Positions 42,561 through 52,081 of a stretch of 64,000 nucleotides of DNA are shown piece by piece. Source of the stretch: an uncultured Candidatus Binatia bacterium (GTDB lineage: Bacteria > Desulfobacterota > Binatia > Bin18); contig OZ243961.1 of the NCBI GenBank assembly GCA_965214605.1, positions 2,592,001 to 2,656,000 of the forward strand. Reading direction: 5' to 3'. The notes under the pieces are model-generated. The model had not been told where the DNA came from and ran no database searches. It was given only the letters and a program-made list of their open reading frames with translations. Position numbers and translations under genes: made by a program. Position 1 is the stretch's first letter. Each line of letters begins with the position of its first letter.

Positions 42561-43322
42561 ATGGGGGCTGATGCGGCTTTTACCATTCTCAATCCGGACG
42601 GGCGTTTTCCGCTTGTGCTGACCTGTGAACACGCCTCGTGTCGTGTCCCGGCCGGGTACCAGAATCTGGGCCTGAATACGGCCGCTCTGCGCCAACATAT
42701 TGGCTGGGATATTGGCGCCCGGGCGGTTCTTGAGGCCGTTGTGCAGAGGCTCGATGCTCCGGCCGTTTGCTCGGGCTATTCGCGTCTGCTCATCGACTGC
42801 AACCGGGCGCTGCACGCTCATGACCTGATCGTGACCCACAGTGACGGGACACTCATCCCCGGCAATCAGGGCCTCTCGTCGACCGAGCGGCACAAACGTA
42901 TCACGGAGTTCTACCAGCCCTACCATGACGCGATTGATATGACCCTGAGCCGGCTGCTGGCTAGACGGAGCGCTGTCCGGCCAGCCCTCCTCAGCCTGCA
43001 CAGTTTTACACCGGCGCTACGTGGCCAAGCCGAGAATGGGCGCGCGTTTGATATTGGGATTCTGTTTGATCGTTACCAAAACCTGGCCACTGCCCTTGGC
43101 CGGCGGTTGCACAGGGCGGGCTATCGGGTGCGCCATAATGAGCCGTATTCCGGCTATGAGGGGATGATTTTCAGCGTTCACAGTCATGGCCGGCGGCATC
43201 GGCTTGTGTATATGGAGCTGGAAATGAATAATGGTCTGCTCACGCAGTCCGACAGTATTGGCCGGATGGCTGAGGCTATCAGCGAGGCGTGCAGCACGCT
43301 GTTTCCCTCGCCCGACGGGTAA
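42561..43322 (+). CDS. N-formylglutamate amidohydrolase family
   Basis: CEHAS, HIGWDIG, SRLLIDCNR, FYQPYH, SLHSFTP, NEPY. Confidence 0.88.
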   Translation: MGADAAFTILNPDGRFPLVLTCEHASCRVPAGYQNLGLNTAALRQHIGWDIGARAVLEAVVQRLDAPAVCSGYSRLLIDCNRALHAHDLIVTHSDGTLIPGNQGLSSTERHKRITEFYQPYHDAIDMTLSRLLARRSAVRPALLSLHSFTPALRGQAENGRAFDIGILFDRYQNLATALGRRLHRAGYRVRHNEPYSGYEGMIFSVHSHGRRHRLVYMELEMNNGLLTQSDSIGRMAEAISEACSTLFPSPDG

Positions 43323-43344
43323 GGACAGCCGAAAAGGGGAGTGT

Positions 43345-44265
43345 ATGCGTATCATTTTGATTGGCCAAGCCGCGTTTGCCGAAAAAACGCTTGAGAAGCT
43401 CGTTGAAAAAGGTGAGGAGGTGGTTGCCGTCTTTTGCCCGCCTGATGCGGCCGAAGGGAGACTCGATCCGGTTAAACAACGGGCGAGTGCGCTCGGTATT
43501 CCCGTTCACCAACACAAGTCAATGAAGAGGGAGCAGGCCGAGGTGGTCAAGAAATTTGAGGAGCTCGACGCCGACCTCGCGATCCTCGCATTTGTGACCC
43601 AGATCGTGCCGCCGGCCGTCTTTAACGCCCCGAAGTGGGGGAGTATCTGTTTCCATCCTTCGCTATTGCCCAAGTATCGTGGGCGGAGCGCGATGAACTG
43701 GGCCTTGATCAACGGGGAAACCAAGACCGGCTTAACCCTGTTCTGGGTTGATGAGGGGATCGATACCGGACCGATTCTGTTGCAGAAAGAAGTCGCGATT
43801 GATCCCGACGATACCACCGGTACGCTGTATTTCAACAAGATCTTTGCGCTCGGCGTTGATGCGATTGCCGAGTCGGTTGACCTGATCAGGGCCGGCAACC
43901 CGCCCCGTCTGGTTCAGGACGAGTCTCGGGCAAACTATGATCCGCCGTGCGCGGATGAGCACGGACAGATCGACTGGTCCAAGCCCGCCCAGCAAATTTA
44001 CAATCAGATCCGGGGCTGTGATCCACAGCCCGGTGCGCATACCGCCTGGCAGGGACACCTGCTCCGCCTCTATGACTGTCGACTTCAGCCCGCCAGCGTG
44101 ACAGGGGCGGCTGGACAAGTCATTAAAGTGGGCCAGGAAACCGTCAGCATTGCCGCTTCTGGAGGCACGCTGGTGGCCAAGAAAATGCGCGGCCAGGGTA
44201 AGAAGCTGGCCGCCGCAGAAGTGGCCGCCCAGAGCGGCTTTGGGGTGGGGGATAGGCTGGAATGA
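43345..44265 (+). CDS. Formyltransferase / 10-formyl-THF hydrolase-like protein (Fmt fold)
   Basis: HPSLLPKYRG, DEGIDTG; N-terminus IGQAAF instead of FMGTP. Confidence 0.8.
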   Translation: MRIILIGQAAFAEKTLEKLVEKGEEVVAVFCPPDAAEGRLDPVKQRASALGIPVHQHKSMKREQAEVVKKFEELDADLAILAFVTQIVPPAVFNAPKWGSICFHPSLLPKYRGRSAMNWALINGETKTGLTLFWVDEGIDTGPILLQKEVAIDPDDTTGTLYFNKIFALGVDAIAESVDLIRAGNPPRLVQDESRANYDPPCADEHGQIDWSKPAQQIYNQIRGCDPQPGAHTAWQGHLLRLYDCRLQPASVTGAAGQVIKVGQETVSIAASGGTLVAKKMRGQGKKLAAAEVAAQSGFGVGDRLE

Positions 44266-44295
44266 GGAGAGACAGAGGGGCCGGCTGTGACGTCT

Positions 44296-44805
44296 CTAGA
44301 TTTGGGAGGCAAGCGGCTCTAGTTCAATCAACACCTGACCAAGTTCGACCAGCTCTCCGGGTGCGACGTGGATCGTTTTCACCCTGGCCCTTTCTTCGCT
44401 GGCCAGGGCATTTTCCATTTTCATGGCTTCGAGTACCAGGAGGGTCTGGTTGGCTTCGACCTCATCGCCCTGTTCAGCCCGCACTTCAAGAATTTTGCCC
44501 GGCATAGGAGAGCGGATTTCGGGCTCCCAGCCGCCTGCCCGGCTTCTACGCCTGCGGGCGTGGGTGTCCTGAGCCCTGCTAAATTCATACACCCGCCCCT
44601 CAACGGCGACCAAAATGCGGGAGCCGTGGGTGGCGACATGGGCCTTAACGGCCTGGCCGTCGACGAGGAGCGTGACCGCTCCGTTCCGGGCCGAGATCAG
44701 ACGGGCCTGCCCAGTCTGCTCGTTCAGGCTGAACTCGCACAGGTCCCCGCTCAGGGTGTAGGTGAGGACTAACGGCTCGTCCTGGACGTACAGGGTGGTC
44801 TTCAT
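44296..44805 (-). CDS. Biotin carboxyl carrier subunit
   Basis: SPMPGKI, EAMKMEN. Confidence 0.88.
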   Translation of the reverse strand: MKTTLYVQDEPLVLTYTLSGDLCEFSLNEQTGQARLISARNGAVTLLVDGQAVKAHVATHGSRILVAVEGRVYEFSRAQDTHARRRRSRAGGWEPEIRSPMPGKILEVRAEQGDEVEANQTLLVLEAMKMENALASEERARVKTIHVAPGELVELGQVLIELEPLASQI

Positions 44806-46301
44806 CGGCGACTCTGTCCTAAACGCCAGCCGCCGATTTGGGTCCACGGGCTTGGCCGAGGGGTGTGGACATCCGCCGCCTGGGCCGACCCGCGCTGGGC
44901 TTGGCCGAGCGCCGCAGCCAAGACGGCAGCGGTCCGATGGGTGGTCGTATCTGGATGCCAGTCTTGGAAATATTCGGTCAGAAAGCCGGTATGGGTGTGT
45001 CCGGCAATAAACGCCGGATGGGCTAACAGGTCGAGCAGAAACGGCCCGTTTGTGATCGGGCCAAGTACCACACACTGGCGGAGGGCGGCCTGCAGGCGTT
45101 GGCGTGCCTGCTCGCGATCTTGACCCCAGGTTGAGAGCTTGGCAATCAGCGGATCGTAATACACGCTGACTTGGCTCTCTAACTCCACTCCCGCATCGAC
45201 CCGAACGCCGGGCCCGCTCGGTGGCCGCCAGGCCAAGACCGGGCCAGGAGCGGGTAGGAAGCCGTGAGCCGGGTCTTCGGCGTACAGCCGACACTCACAG
45301 GCGTGGCCGCTGGGCTGTATCGCGTCCTGACCGAAGCCGAGGGTTTCGCCAGCGGCAATACGAATCTGTTCGCGGACAAGATCAAGGCCGGTGACGAGCT
45401 CCGTGATTGGGTGTTCGACCTGCAGTCGCGCATTGACCTCCAGGAAGTAGAAACGGCCCTGGTTATCGAGGATAAATTCTACCGTGCCCGCGTTATGATA
45501 GCCCGCGGCTCGGGCTACAGCCAGGGCGGCTTGGGTCATTTCCGCCCGCAGATGCTCTGAGACCGCGGGTGAGGGCGTTTCTTCAAAAATTTTCTGATAG
45601 CGGCGCTGAATTGAGCACTCCCGCTCGCCCAAGTGGACCAAGGTCCCGTGTTGGTCGCCTAGCACTTGGACCTCAACGTGGTGGGGGTTTTCCAGATAGC
45701 GCTCAATATAGACCGTCCCTTCGCCAAAGGCCGCGGCCGCTTCACGCCGCGCGGTCGCCAGGGCCTCGTCTAGCTCGTCTTGACTGCGGACAATGCGCAT
45801 GCCTTTACCACCGCCCCCGGCCGCGGCTTTGATCAGCAACGGATAGCCGAGCGAGCTAACCTGTTCTTTGAGTACCGCGGGCTCGGCGGACGGGTGTTCC
45901 AGAGCCGGAATGACCGGCACGCCAAGCGAGGAAACGGTTTGGCGGGCAAAGATTTTATTGCCGACGGCTGACAGGGATTGGGGGGCCGGGCCGATAAAGG
46001 TCAAGCCGGCCTCTTGCACCCGGGTGGCGAACATGGCGTTTTCCGAAAGGAAACCATAGCCTGGGTGAATAGCCTGGGCGCCGGTGTGCCGAGCTGCGGC
46101 AATAATTGCCTCGCCGTTCAGATAACTTTCGGTCGCCTGAGCTGGGCCGATACACACCGCCTCGTCAGCCGCGTGCAGGTGGGGAGAAGACAGGTCGGCT
46201 TCGGAGTACACCGCAACGGCCGCGATTCCCATCTCGTGGCAGCTGCGTGCGACGCGGGCGGCAATCTCGCCGCGATTGGCAATCAGGATCTTTTTGAACA
46301 C
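44802..46301 (-). CDS. Biotin carboxylase (acyl-CoA carboxylase alpha)
   Basis: IANRGEIA, HPGYGFLSEN, GGGGKGMR, RECSIQRR, RLQVEHP. Confidence 0.93.
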   Translation of the reverse strand: MFKKILIANRGEIAARVARSCHEMGIAAVAVYSEADLSSPHLHAADEAVCIGPAQATESYLNGEAIIAAARHTGAQAIHPGYGFLSENAMFATRVQEAGLTFIGPAPQSLSAVGNKIFARQTVSSLGVPVIPALEHPSAEPAVLKEQVSSLGYPLLIKAAAGGGGKGMRIVRSQDELDEALATARREAAAAFGEGTVYIERYLENPHHVEVQVLGDQHGTLVHLGERECSIQRRYQKIFEETPSPAVSEHLRAEMTQAALAVARAAGYHNAGTVEFILDNQGRFYFLEVNARLQVEHPITELVTGLDLVREQIRIAAGETLGFGQDAIQPSGHACECRLYAEDPAHGFLPAPGPVLAWRPPSGPGVRVDAGVELESQVSVYYDPLIAKLSTWGQDREQARQRLQAALRQCVVLGPITNGPFLLDLLAHPAFIAGHTHTGFLTEYFQDWHPDTTTHRTAAVLAAALGQAQRGSAQAADVHTPRPSPWTQIGGWRLGQSRR

Positions 46302-46393
46302 AGCCGGGGCCTCGGATATGCGGAGTCTCGGATCGTCTGGCCCTGCCAGCAGTAGTCTGATCGGGGAGCTTTGTCTACTCCCCGGCGGTCGAG

Positions 46394-47401
46394 TTACTGA
46401 ACCTTCTGATACTTGCGATAGTCATAGCCGGTGGCCATGGCCAGCAGCAGCTTGTCCATACCGCCCGGCCGCTCGCGGCGCAAGACGCGCAGGCACGCCA
46501 GAAAGCCTTGGTAGTCGGTCTGGACCGGCAGCTTACGGTCTGCGCTGCGAAAGAGAAAATCTCTGAGCCGGGTGACGGTGAAACGCAGGGCGGAAAACCG
46601 CAATTCATTAGGAAAGGCGTCCCACTCAACCAAAGATAAGGACCGAACTTCTTGATAGCCGTCAATCAGGGCGTTAAAGCGGTCAAGATGATAACGGTCG
46701 TCGAGGTAGCACAGGACGTTGACCGCTGTCGCGAGGTCGGCAATCAGTTTTCCCTGGCCCGCCGCTTTAAAACCGAGAATACCGGACACCTTTCTCCCGC
46801 GGAAGAGCAGGTTGTCGGCAAACACGTCGCCATGAATGATGCCTTTTGGCAGCCGCTCTTCGAGATACTCTTCATGGTGGGCGAGCTCGTCGTCCAAGAT
46901 GTGTTTGATCTGTTTCAGATGGGACGGGATGCGCAGGTGGAGGTAGAGGTCTCGAATGCGGGCAAAGCTAAACCGGTTCTCCAGACCAGGTTTATAGTCT
47001 TGTCCGGCTCGGTGGAGGGTGCCCAGTGTTTTGCCGACCTGATACACATGCTCAGGACTCATTTGGTCTGCAGTGCGTTCTTTTCCGGACAGGGCGGCGT
47101 AGACGGAAACCGCTTTGCCTTTGTACTCGCGCAGGAAGTGGCCGTTTTGGTCGGCAATCGGCCTAGGACATGCGATGCCCTTGGTCCGCAGAAAGACCAA
47201 CAGCTCAATCTCGCGCTGCGCCTGCTCGGCGTCCTTGACCTCGTCTATCTTGAGAAAGAATTTCCCCTTGCCAAATTCGAGACGATAGTAGGTGTTGACC
47301 GACCCGGCCGGAACGCCGCTGACATCGGAGAGTTCGCCCAGCTGATAGGGCTTGAGGATGCGCTCCAGAGTTCTTCGATGGAGGACGGTATAGACCGCCA
47401 T
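46394..47401 (-). CDS. thrB: Homoserine kinase type II (APH fold), DF motif altered
   Basis: GSVNTYY, PKGIIHGDVFADN, LRFTVTRL. Confidence 0.75.
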   Translation of the reverse strand: MAVYTVLHRRTLERILKPYQLGELSDVSGVPAGSVNTYYRLEFGKGKFFLKIDEVKDAEQAQREIELLVFLRTKGIACPRPIADQNGHFLREYKGKAVSVYAALSGKERTADQMSPEHVYQVGKTLGTLHRAGQDYKPGLENRFSFARIRDLYLHLRIPSHLKQIKHILDDELAHHEEYLEERLPKGIIHGDVFADNLLFRGRKVSGILGFKAAGQGKLIADLATAVNVLCYLDDRYHLDRFNALIDGYQEVRSLSLVEWDAFPNELRFSALRFTVTRLRDFLFRSADRKLPVQTDYQGFLACLRVLRRERPGGMDKLLLAMATGYDYRKYQKVQ

Positions 47402-47531
47402 GATTCCGCCCTAAACATGGATGGTGTTACGACCCACAACCCTGAGAACAGGACAATAAACTGGCCCAGCCTACCTCCTGCCCCCCGTTATGTCAAGAAA
47501 AATGAGCGCACCCATGTCGCCCGCTCGCAGT

Positions 47532-49286
47532 CTACCAGCCAATAACATACGACGGCATGCGTTTGCTCAGTTCCCCGCGTGGATCTGCCCCGCCTTTGAT
47601 GATGCCGCGCTCCGGGTCAACACAGAGACCGAGTACGTCGCCCTCACTCCAATCTGCTTTGCTCTCGACGCTATGGCCTCGGGCCTCAAGCTGGCGGTGG
47701 ACCTGGCTTGGGATACGGCCTTCTAGGCGCAGCAGACCTGACACGGCCTTATGCGGAAAGAAGCTCGACGGAAAATGGGCTGAGGAGAAACGCGGGGCCT
47801 CAATCGCGTCCTGGACTTCCATGCCAAAGTCAACCACATTCAAGAAAAATTGCAGGGTCCACTGATCTTGCTGGTCGCCTCCGGGCGTGCCAAAGACCAT
47901 ACACGGTTCACCGTTGCGCAGCACCAGGCTCGGCGTCAGGGTCGTACGCGGTTGTTTGCCCGGAAGTAGAGCGTTGGGATGGCGCGGGTCAAGAAAGAAG
48001 GTTTGAACCCGGGTTCCCAGCGGGAAGCCGAGACCGTCAATCACTGGAGAAGACGGAATCCAGGCTCCGCTTGGGGTAAAAGAGGCCATATTGCGCTCCG
48101 TATCGACCACCGTGACATACACGGTCCCCGGTCCCCAGTTCCGGGCGGCAAAAATCTCCTCCCCCTCCAGCAGTGCCACCCCGGTATGGGGATTACCGGG
48201 GCGTTGGTCGTGGGAGGCGTGGTGGGGGTCGATCAGAATGCGCCGTTGCGCCGCATACTCTTTGGAGAGCAGGCTGTTGAGTGGGACATCGACAAATTTT
48301 GGATCGCCGTAATACTGTTCCCGGTCGGCAAAGGCGAGCTTCAGACTTTCGATGACGGTATGGATATAGTCGGCGCTATTATGGCCCAAGCTGGCGAGGT
48401 CATAGCCCTCTAGGAGCGCGAGCTGTTGCAGAAACACCGGTCCTTGACTCCACGGGCCGCATTTATACACCTCGTAGCCGCGGTAAGTATACGAGACCGG
48501 CTCCTCGACCGTGGTGCGAAACTCGGCCAGGTCGTGCGTGCGTAACAGCCCGCCGTGGGCTTTGCTGTGCTCCTCAATGATCTGCGCAATTTCTCCGCGA
48601 TAAAAGGCATCCCGGGCTGCCTCCAGACCAGCCTCACGACCCTGTCCTTGGGCGTTCTGCTCGGCGTCCATCAGACGCCGGAAGGTGTGGCCTAAGTCCG
48701 GATTTTTGAGAATTTCTCCTACATCGGGGAGCCGGTCCTCAGGCAAATAGACTTTGGCCGAAGACGGCCACTCGGTGCGAAACCGTTTCGCATTGCCCGC
48801 AATTGAGAAATCCATCTGCATGTACGCCGGGGCAGGACCGCGTAGCGCGCGATGGAGCGGAAAGCCGCCTTCGGCCAGTTCAAGGGCCGGTTCCACAACC
48901 TGGCGGAAACTCAGGGTGCCAAAGCGTCGGAGAACACCAATCAGCGCATCAGGCACAGCACAAGGACCGGCGGCTTCAACGCCGTTGAACGGAATCAGCG
49001 GAATATCCTGTTCCTGAAACCACTCAATCGTGGCCGCTCGGGGTGCAGCCGTATTGCCGTTGATGGCCGCCACCCGCCCATCGGCTGCGGTGTACACGAG
49101 GGCCGAGATCTCTCCGCCAAAGGTATGCATATGCGGGTTCAGCACCCCCTCGGCCAGAGTTGCCGCGACGGCCGCGTCAAACGCATTGCCTCCGGCTTGC
49201 AGAATACGCAGTCCGGCTTGGGTTGAGAGATAATGTTCGGTGGCAACCATGCCTCGCGTGCCCATCAGGGTCGGACGATAGCCCAT
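47532..49286 (-). CDS. Gamma-glutamyltransferase-family Ntn hydrolase (cytoplasmic)
   Basis: GGNAFDAAVA, G|TVYVTVVD, PRTTLTP, GTPGGDQQDQW. Confidence 0.88.
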   Translation of the reverse strand: MGYRPTLMGTRGMVATEHYLSTQAGLRILQAGGNAFDAAVAATLAEGVLNPHMHTFGGEISALVYTAADGRVAAINGNTAAPRAATIEWFQEQDIPLIPFNGVEAAGPCAVPDALIGVLRRFGTLSFRQVVEPALELAEGGFPLHRALRGPAPAYMQMDFSIAGNAKRFRTEWPSSAKVYLPEDRLPDVGEILKNPDLGHTFRRLMDAEQNAQGQGREAGLEAARDAFYRGEIAQIIEEHSKAHGGLLRTHDLAEFRTTVEEPVSYTYRGYEVYKCGPWSQGPVFLQQLALLEGYDLASLGHNSADYIHTVIESLKLAFADREQYYGDPKFVDVPLNSLLSKEYAAQRRILIDPHHASHDQRPGNPHTGVALLEGEEIFAARNWGPGTVYVTVVDTERNMASFTPSGAWIPSSPVIDGLGFPLGTRVQTFFLDPRHPNALLPGKQPRTTLTPSLVLRNGEPCMVFGTPGGDQQDQWTLQFFLNVVDFGMEVQDAIEAPRFSSAHFPSSFFPHKAVSGLLRLEGRIPSQVHRQLEARGHSVESKADWSEGDVLGLCVDPERGIIKGGADPRGELSKRMPSYVIGW

Positions 49287-49833
49287 GAGATTCTCCTTTG
49301 CGTCGGTGCTGCGCACTCTGCGCGCGGTTGTGGGTCCACAGCAGCTTCTTTATCAACCTCGGCGGGCTCTGAGAGCCGGGCAGGGTAATTTCCTGCATGA
49401 AAAATATCAGGAAGGTATCACACGACCGCCTCCGCACGGCTCCAGGCCCGACGCACATAGCCGGCACAGGCCCCGAGTCCGGCTTCTCTGTTTTTTTGTC
49501 CAGGAGAGATATTTTCCATGAACTTTCACCTGAGGATACCAGGCCAGGCGGGCTGCCGGCTTCTCCTCACCGGGTCAGCCCGCAGCGGAAGGCCAAGGGC
49601 CGTCCGAAGCCACTGACCGGAGGTCTGCGCTGAACAGCCGCCTCGCCACAGACGGGACGACAGTCTCTGGCACTATACGCGAAAAGCTGAGCGGGAATAA
49701 AGCCCGTCGGCCGGGGATTATTCGAAGCATGGCGATAGTCACGTTTGGCAATCTGGGCCGTGATCCCCCTTGATGAGCGAGCACGCCATTTCTATAGTCG
49801 GCAAGATACTGCAGAATTTAAGGAGGGTACCCT

Positions 49834-51228
49834 ATGTCTTTTGTACGCTTGACAAGCTTGGGACTAGCTGTGGCGCTCGCGCTCATTGCAGGTCCGGTCT
49901 TAGCCGAGCTCAATCCAGGCGATAAGCTCGACAGCTCAAACTGCGAGGAAGCCCGCAGCATGCTGCCGGACTTTGTTACTGAAAAGTTCTGTGCCGGCGA
50001 CTACGCCGCAGAGATCATTGAGGTGACGGACGAGCAGTTCCAGTACAGCACCAAGTTCAAATCCGGCTCCGAGACCAACGCCGGAAAGTACTATGTGACC
50101 GATTCGGGTCACATGTACGAGACCGAGAGCCAAACCTGGCCGAAGTTTTGGTACGGCTTTCCGTTTCCGGGTCTCAGCTCCGCGCTCTCCCAAGACAACT
50201 GGCAAGGTGAGCTGTCCAAGGATCGTACGATCCCCTACAAAATTATGTACAACCACCAAGTCGCGCGCTTTCAGATCGACGACGTGTACTGGTTTCTGTC
50301 AATCAAGTGGTGTACGCCGGAGGGGTTTGACCGTTCGGTCGAATTTGGCGCCTACGCAACCTGGTATATCGGTCGGCACTCGGGCCCAATGGAAAATCCC
50401 GATGAGACCTACCTCAAAGACATCATTTTTGGGGTTGCTCCCTACGACGTGGTCGGGGTCTCGACCCTCGAATACTGGTTCACTGACCCGGAAAAATGGC
50501 AGTCCATCTGGGCCTTTGTGCCGACCATTCGTCGTGTGCGGCGTCTGACCGCCTCGAACTCGTCCGAGGGGCTGTTCGGCTCAATCATCGCTCGTGATGA
50601 TCCCTATGGCTGGGCCGGAAAAATCCAGTATATGAACTGGAATCTGATCGGTATTCAGGACATGCTCGTCCCGATTGCGCCAACCGGCATAGAAAAAGCT
50701 ATGCTGCCGGGTGAGGCTGCGCCGAAAAAATTGCCCTCCGACGATGCGAATATCACCAACAAGGGACAGATCCCGTCGGGTCAGGTCGCTCGCATCTCCT
50801 GGTCGCCGGAAGAGCGGATTATGCACGGCTACGAAACGCCGGGCTGGACCGGGAAGGCTTGGGCGCCGACCAACCTCAAGCTGGCCAAACGGACCTGCTG
50901 GGTTGTCGAAGCAACGCCCAAGGATCCCTACTACGCCTATGGCCGCCGGATTCTCTATATCGACAAGCACGCCTACTGGGCCTACTGGACGACGCTGTAC
51001 GACCGGGCTGGTGAATACTGGAAGACCATCATCTGGATGGACAAGATGGGCTACACGCCGGGTCGGGACATGACGGTCCGCCATCCGTTCTGGGGTGTTG
51101 GCGAGGACGTCCGGCAGAATCGGGGCAGCTTCTTTGACGTGCAGTCCAAGGGCTACTACACCGAGTATGAGCTGGGCTTTCCGGATTCCACTTATACAAC
51201 GAGTAACTTAGCCGCCCTGGGGAAATAA
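49834..51228 (+). CDS. DUF1329-like secreted protein
   Basis: Signal peptide; WAFVPTIRRVRR, VVEATPKDPYYAYGRRILYID, YDRAGEYWK. Confidence 0.78.
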   Translation: MSFVRLTSLGLAVALALIAGPVLAELNPGDKLDSSNCEEARSMLPDFVTEKFCAGDYAAEIIEVTDEQFQYSTKFKSGSETNAGKYYVTDSGHMYETESQTWPKFWYGFPFPGLSSALSQDNWQGELSKDRTIPYKIMYNHQVARFQIDDVYWFLSIKWCTPEGFDRSVEFGAYATWYIGRHSGPMENPDETYLKDIIFGVAPYDVVGVSTLEYWFTDPEKWQSIWAFVPTIRRVRRLTASNSSEGLFGSIIARDDPYGWAGKIQYMNWNLIGIQDMLVPIAPTGIEKAMLPGEAAPKKLPSDDANITNKGQIPSGQVARISWSPEERIMHGYETPGWTGKAWAPTNLKLAKRTCWVVEATPKDPYYAYGRRILYIDKHAYWAYWTTLYDRAGEYWKTIIWMDKMGYTPGRDMTVRHPFWGVGEDVRQNRGSFFDVQSKGYYTEYELGFPDSTYTTSNLAALGK

Positions 51229-51251
51229 GGGCGTTATCCCAACGTCCCGCC

Positions 51252-51288
51252 GGGAAGAGGGGGTGGGTTTTCCCACCCTCTCTTTCCT
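51252..51288 (+). terminator. Stem-loop terminator after DUF1329
   Basis: GAGGGGGTGGG-TTTT-CCCACCCTCTC followed by TTT. Confidence 0.6.
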
Positions 51289-51331
51289 TGTGCGGGACGT
51301 CGAACGTGCCAACGGACAGGGGCGCTGAGAG

Positions 51332-52081
51332 AGGCGTATCTTAGTCGTCGAAGATGAAGCCAAGGTCGCCAGTTTTATTCGGCGCGGTCTTGAAGCTGAG
51401 CACTACCAGGGTGACGTCGCGACCGATGGTCAGAGCGGTCTGGAGCGCGTTTTTGAGGAAGACTATGACCTGCTGATTCTTGATGTCATGCTGCCCGAAC
51501 GGGACGGCTTCTCAGTGCTACAAGAACTGCGCCGCCACCGGCTTTCCCTTCCGGTCTTGATGCTCACCGCCCGCGATACGGTAGCTGACCGGGTGGCGGG
51601 ACTCGATGGCGGGGCGGATGACTATCTGACCAAACCGTTCGCCTTTGAGGAATTCGTCGTCCGGGTCAGAGCCCTGCTGCGCCGCGGCGGGCCGGTCCAG
51701 CCGCCGATTCTGCACCTGGCCGACCTGAAGCTCGACCCGGTCAGCCGAGAAGTGACGCGGGCCGGACGACCCATCACGCTGACCGCCAAAGAGTTCGCCC
51801 TGCTGGAATTTTTCCTGCGCCAGCCCGGCCGGGTCTTGAGCCGCGTCCTTATTGCCCAGCACGTCTGGGGAGTGGATTTTGATACCTTCACCAATGTGAT
51901 TGATGTGTACGTGAACTATCTGCGCAAGAAAATTGATGCTGATTTCAGTCCCAAACTCCTCCACACCGTGCGCGGTGTCGGCTATGTGCTCAAGGACGGC
52001 TATACGCGGCCCTTCCCCCTCGCCCTCTCCTTCAATGGCGAGAGGACGAAGGGGAGGGAAAAACCCGAACACGACCAATGA
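51332..52081 (+). CDS. OmpR/CusR-family response regulator (start codon reads AGG)
   Basis: (M)RILVVEDEAKV...LILDVMLP...LTAR...GADDYLTKPF...HTVRGVGY; in-frame TGA just upstream. Confidence 0.8.
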   Translation, partial: RRILVVEDEAKVASFIRRGLEAEHYQGDVATDGQSGLERVFEEDYDLLILDVMLPERDGFSVLQELRRHRLSLPVLMLTARDTVADRVAGLDGGADDYLTKPFAFEEFVVRVRALLRRGGPVQPPILHLADLKLDPVSREVTRAGRPITLTAKEFALLEFFLRQPGRVLSRVLIAQHVWGVDFDTFTNVIDVYVNYLRKKIDADFSPKLLHTVRGVGYVLKDGYTRPFPLALSFNGERTKGREKPEHDQ

